Shown here: one piece after another, positions 59,271-64,000 of the stretch
How positions within the stretch are numbered: position 1 is the stretch's first letter
Layout of the letters: the number at the start of each line of letters is the position of its first letter
Assembly (NCBI RefSeq): GCF_020745735.1
Contig: NC_083445.1
Coordinates: 7,192,001 to 7,256,000 of the forward strand
Reading direction: 5' to 3'
Source of the DNA: Hemiscyllium ocellatum
Taxonomy: Eukaryota
Length of the DNA stretch: 64,000 bases
Position numbers and translations under genes: made by a program
The notes under the pieces: generated by a model
The model's input: only the letters and a program-made list of their open reading frames with translations
Database searches by the model: none
Told to the model about the DNA's origin: nothing

Positions 59271-60804
59271 TTTATCTGGATTTGCATTAATGCTGTACTG
59301 TTACACATTGGCTTTGCACACCTTCTGTATAGGATAACAGAACATAGCATTTCTTTTACTGGTAAACTTATTGGCTCTTTTAATGCTTCCACAAACAACG
59401 TCTGGTTTCACTCACTGGTGAAATACCTAGCTTCATCACACCTACAAATATTCAATAATAATTTGAACTTGGAAACGCTGAGTAAAATAACTCCATGCTT
59501 ACTGAACTGAAAATATACTTGGAATAATATGGTGTATTACTCTGTCCATCTTTAGTGTTTAAACTGCAAATAGTGTTTTAGCACTGCTGTGTTCTTTTAG
59601 CCTAAAAAGGTTAGACTGGTTCTGCGTATAATGGCCAGATAACGCAGTGATTCTGAAATGGCTGAAGACTTTGAGTTCAGTTGCCAACTCCATGTTTGCC
59701 TCATTAAAAAGGGGAGGGGAGAATGCCATTGTCAAAAGCAGCTTGTGTGTTTATGAGTTAATGAGTCACCATCCTATTTATATTTAACTTTTAAGTTTGT
59801 AAATTAATTTTAATATATTTCATTAGTATTTTAACCACCTGCTGCTACTCTTTATATTTTTAACACTTTATTCAGTTGGAACATGTTAATTTTGTTAAGC
59901 CTTTGTATAGCTCCCCCACTATTCGATCTATTTTTGCTTATTGGGACTGGGACCTTGATTGGTCAACTGAAAGCAAAACTATTGAGACCTCAAAGTGATC
60001 CTAACAAATCAATCTTTGATGAGCATTGGTAGAGGCGTATCCTTTTTCTTTCCCGAAATGGTCTTTCTGGTCTTGTTCACTGTGCAAATTCAGTGCAACA
60101 CCTGAACAAAGCTCACTCTGGGAATATGCTGGGAAGACATGGTAATGTTTTCTACGTCTTAGGGTGGAGTTAAATTAATGCTGTTTTTTTTCATTTCATT
60201 CAGTCACAGGATGTGCACATTGCAACATTGCTTGCCTGTCTGTAATTGCCCTGGAGAGCAAGGCAGTGAGCTGTCTCCTTGAAGACAACTGAGTTAGGCT
60301 GTTTTAAAGGAGAGTTCAGAGTCTGCCATATTGCTACTTGTCTGGAAACAATGTCTGAGCACTAAGATTTAGCTTAAAGTTTGCTGAGGAAAGAGGTACT
60401 TTTGAAGTTTTGAGCCTAATCCATTGCTAAAATACAAGTGCCAAAATGATATTTGGCTCTGAAGATGTTTACAGCATTACTGGTCACAACATGATGGACA
60501 TATGCCAATTCCCAAATGTAATGAGATTATGACCCCCCACACCCTTGTGAATCACAATGGCTTGCTTCACAACCTGAGTTGATTATTTCAGTCTGTGTTA
60601 CCTATAGTGCAATTTACATATCGAGATTAAAATTCAAAATATTCTTTCGGCTCCTCATGGTGATGGGTTGGATACGGTTTCTCTCTAATGTGTTACTGTT
60701 GCCTACTTTAAATGTATAACATTTTGCAAAAATAATAAAATAATGCCTGAAACGTCAGGTACTTATGGTAACTACCTCATTGTGTTGCTTTTTTTTAAAT
60801 AAGA

Positions 60805-61205
60805 GTCCAAGATGTCTACAGCACAGAAAAAGGCCCATCAGTCTGCACCAATCGAAAACAATCACCTAACTATTCTAATCTCATTTCCAACACTTGGCCC
60901 ATTGCCTTGCATGCTTTGGTTTCACAAGTATACATCTAAATATTCATGCTATGAGTTCCTGACTCTACCATCCTTATAGGCAATGAGTTCCAAATTCCCA
61001 CCATCCTCTGGGTGAAACAAATATTCCCTGCATCCCTTCTAAACTTACTGCCCTTTACCTTAAATCTATGATCCTGGTCAATGATCCCTGTACCTAGGAG
61101 AAAAGGTCCTTCCAGTCTATCCTAACTATGCTCCTCTTAATTTTGTACACCTCAATCAGGCCATCACCCCAGTCTTCTCCGCTTCAAGGAAAGCAACTCC
61201 AGCAC
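60805..61205 (-). mobile_element. Degraded CR1 LINE 3' end
   Basis: ACAGCACAGAAAAAGGCCCA tail; CACCATCCTCTGGGTGAA. Confidence 0.7.
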
Positions 61206-62072
61206 TTTTTTTCCCTCTCATTTTGGTTCCTCCTGTTAATAGGACATTGCTGTTAGTGTTACTCTTTGACAAGTTGCTCAAGAAGTGTACAATATGATTG
61301 GGTGAACTTCTATTAGATTGTTTCCATCCAGACAGTGCAGTTGTGGTTGGGACTCACTGTGTAGGAATTCCTTAGAGCCATCAGAGCATTATTACTTTGC
61401 AATGTGTATCTAACTTAGTTAAGTTGATTGAATGATTTGACATTTCCAGGTATAAAAGATCTTGGCCACTTGTTTAACGATTGTTCCATTGATCTGATAG
61501 GCAACTGGTCTGTTACATTTATCTTTCTCTGTAATATGATGGGCATTTGTTGGTGTGGAGTTGAGCAGGTTCTGGTCACCCACTGGGTCTTGAGGTTTGA
61601 AAACCAATGATGAGGCACCAACAGGATATTTGACTGTGGTGGCCATACGTTTCAGCTCAAGTTCTATCTTTCTCGACTCTGCACAATTCTGGGAGGAAAC
61701 TGAGTGCCAAGACCCTGAATGATATTGGCAGTCCTTGCCCAAGTGAGGCATGTACACCAGTCATCATCATCGGATAAAAGTGAAGATCTGGAGACAATCT
61801 GGAACCTTTCTACGTGTAGGGATCAGTTAGGTGGAGATTGGGCACTTAGGAGGACAATTACCTCCACTCTTATCAGTGGCCTTTTCCCTTGAAGGGAGAG
61901 GAACAGCCAAAGTGCCCAAACTGAATCCACCAACCAATAGTCTGTGCTAAATGGTGAGTGTTGGGTTTGGCTTGTTTGGTTCACACTGTGTCATAATCGA
62001 CTATGTCTAGGCTCCCACTTGGAAACCCAGGCATGCTATTGAATGTTTTCATGGAGGTACCATTCAGAATAA

Positions 62073-62571
62073 TCGGGTAAAAAATGAGGTCTGCACCCCG
62101 TGGCTCAACACTTTAACTCTCCCTCCCACTCCACCGAGGACATGCAGGTCCTTGGACTCCTCCACCGGCAAAACATAACAACACGACGGTTGGAGGAAGA
62201 GCACCTCATCTTCCACCTGGGAACCCTCCAACCACAAGGGATGAACTCAGATTTCTCCAGTTTCCTCATTTCCCCTCCCCCCACCTTGTCTCAGTCGGTT
62301 CCCTCAACTCAGCACCGCCCTCCTAACCTGCAATTTTCTTCCTAACCTCCCCGCCCCCCACCCCACTCTGGCCTATCACCCTCACCTTGACCTCCTTCCA
62401 CCTATCACATCTCCATCGCCCCTCCCCCAAGTCCCTCCTCCCTACCTTTTATCTTAGCCTGCCTGGCACCCTCTCCTCATTCCTGATGAAGGGCTTATGC
62501 CCGAAACGTCGAATTTTCTATTCCTTGGATGCTGCCTGACCTGCTGTGCTTTAACCAGCGACACATTTTCA
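62073..62571 (+). mobile_element. 5'-truncated Penelope-like element: GIY-YIG endonuclease C-terminus, C-rich 3' UTR, pLTR with hammerhead motif
   Basis: Peptide VAQHFNSPSHSTEDMQVLGLLH...RRLEEEHLIFHLGTLQPQGMNSDF; short inverted pLTR end at 62076-62094; 14-nt TSD ACCATTCAGAATAA at 62059-62072 and 62572-62585. Confidence 0.85.
62479..62514 (+). ncRNA. Minimal type I hammerhead ribozyme motif, predicted cleavage after 62510
   Basis: AUUC-CUGAUGA-A-GGGC(UUAU)GCCC-GAAA-CGUC-GAAU. Confidence 0.65.
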
Positions 62572-63436
62572 ACCATTCAGAATAAGTCAATATCTCCAAT
62601 TCAGCAATAGGCTGATGATGGAGAAACTTAGACGTTGGGCTGGGAGGTTTCGGAGAATTGTGACTTCTCCTTGGTGGCTCAGTGGTTTGGTGAACTACTG
62701 GTTGAAACACCAAAATCAGGTTTAATGTTAATTTCCCTAACCATGTTTCTGGTAGTTGTAGGCTTGTGCAGTTTTCAGGGTAATGTTCACAGAGCCATTC
62801 GTCAATTTGACTGCCATAGTAAGGAAGAAACACCATAATAAACCTTTTTTAAAAAAAAGGTGGTTGCCATCTTCAAATGTTTTAACAGTATCAAATAAAA
62901 AAGGGAAGTCACTATTAGTTCTCGAGGACTGCTTGCTCATTATAGAGAAGTGACTGGTGGTGGTTGACCTGAGGGCCACCACACCTTGGGCAAGGGGAAG
63001 AGATTGAGAAGGAGGAACCTTCATGATAACCTCAGCTGGAACAGGAATTAAACTCAAAGCATGATAGCTCGGCCTTTCAACTAACCAATCAAACTGACCC
63101 AATAACTTGTATTGCACAGAAATGGACAATTTGACTCATCCAGTCCATGCTCGTGTTTATGATCCACCCAATCCTCCTCCCAACCCCACTTTCTCAGTCT
63201 AGCAATATATGCTTCTATTCCTTGGGGGCTAGCTTTGAGAGCAGACATGGACGTGATGGACTGAATTCCTCCTCCGTCCTCTAAACCATCTTGAATTCTT
63301 TCTCCATCATGTTTGTTCAGCTTCTCCTTAACAGTATCTAAGCAAGTTCCGTATCTAAATTACCCTTTGGGTGAAGGGGTTTCTTTTGAATTTCTAACTG
63401 AACTTTATCAATGACTATCTTATGTTTGTGGTCTTC

Positions 63437-63534
63437 GAGGCATTCCTGAAGAAGGGCTTATGCCCGAAACGTCGAATCTCCTGTTCCTTGGATGCTGCCT
63501 CACCTGCTGTGCTTTTCCAGCAACACATTTTCAG
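63437..63534 (+). mobile_element. Solo Penelope-like pLTR fragment
   Basis: Same pLTR family; imperfect TSD TTATGT(TT)GTGGTCTTC at 63420-63436 and 63536-63550. Confidence 0.8.
63442..63477 (+). ncRNA. Minimal type I hammerhead ribozyme motif (N7=A), predicted cleavage after 63473
   Basis: AUUC-CUGAAGA-A-GGGC(UUAU)GCCC-GAAA-CGUC-GAAU. Confidence 0.65.
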
Positions 63535-64000
63535 TTTATGTGTGGTCTTCCCAGCAAGCAGAAGTTTTCTCCATATCTAGCTGGCTTTCTAATTTCAACT
63601 GCGTTTATTGGGTCACCATCTTGGTATTCTGCTTTCTGGATAATGAGCTCCAGTCTTTTCCATTGTTAACAATGGGTTTTTCCGCAGTGGTCATTAATCA
63701 CACTCTGGTTTGCAGTATTACTGGCCTCCTGCTAAGAGGATGGACATGCAGCAAGCCAAGTCCGTTGTGAATGGACTAGCTTCACATGGTGTACTTTTGA
63801 TGGCTAAAGAGGCCAATTCATGACAGGCAGTTTCTTCCATCAAGTATTTATCCTATGTCTTTGTGAGTTTATTGCTTTCAGTATTGGCACCTGTTACCAA
63901 GCTGCTGCAGGCACTGATTATCACGGTGGTGAACACAGGACCACAGGGGCCATTTTCCTCTGTCATTAGGTGGTATCTTCCAGGTAGAAGAATCAAAGCC

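Overview
This is eukaryotic, intron-rich DNA from a cartilaginous fish. The HE1-type V-SINEs, HER1/CR1 LINEs and Deu-domain SINEs point to a shark; a bamboo or carpet shark is my guess. One protein-coding gene lies on the + strand: TRIP10/CIP4 (F-BAR, HR1, SH3). I could read 14 coding exons (exons 2-15, 11787-53477) with GT-AG junctions and consistent phases. They total 1773 nt, or 590 aa plus stop, and include the 159-nt proline-rich cassette exon. The canonical first exon (MxWGTELW) is not visible; a possible alternative first coding exon lies at 611-679. Introns and flanks contain about 15 HE1 SINEs, CR1 fragments, Deu-SINEs, a truncated 5S rRNA copy, a 35-bp G-rich minisatellite, simple repeats and N gaps. 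The most notable observation is a family of short Penelope-like insertions flanked by target-site duplications (TSDs). Several carry a minimal type I hammerhead-ribozyme core (stem I-CUGANGA-A-stem II-GAAACGUC-stem I). One sits in sense orientation in intron 9 inside a 94-bp hairpin, and one follows a GIY-YIG C-terminal remnant. Most ORFs in the supplied track are spurious or repeat-derived. Repeat boundaries are approximate and no database search was run.
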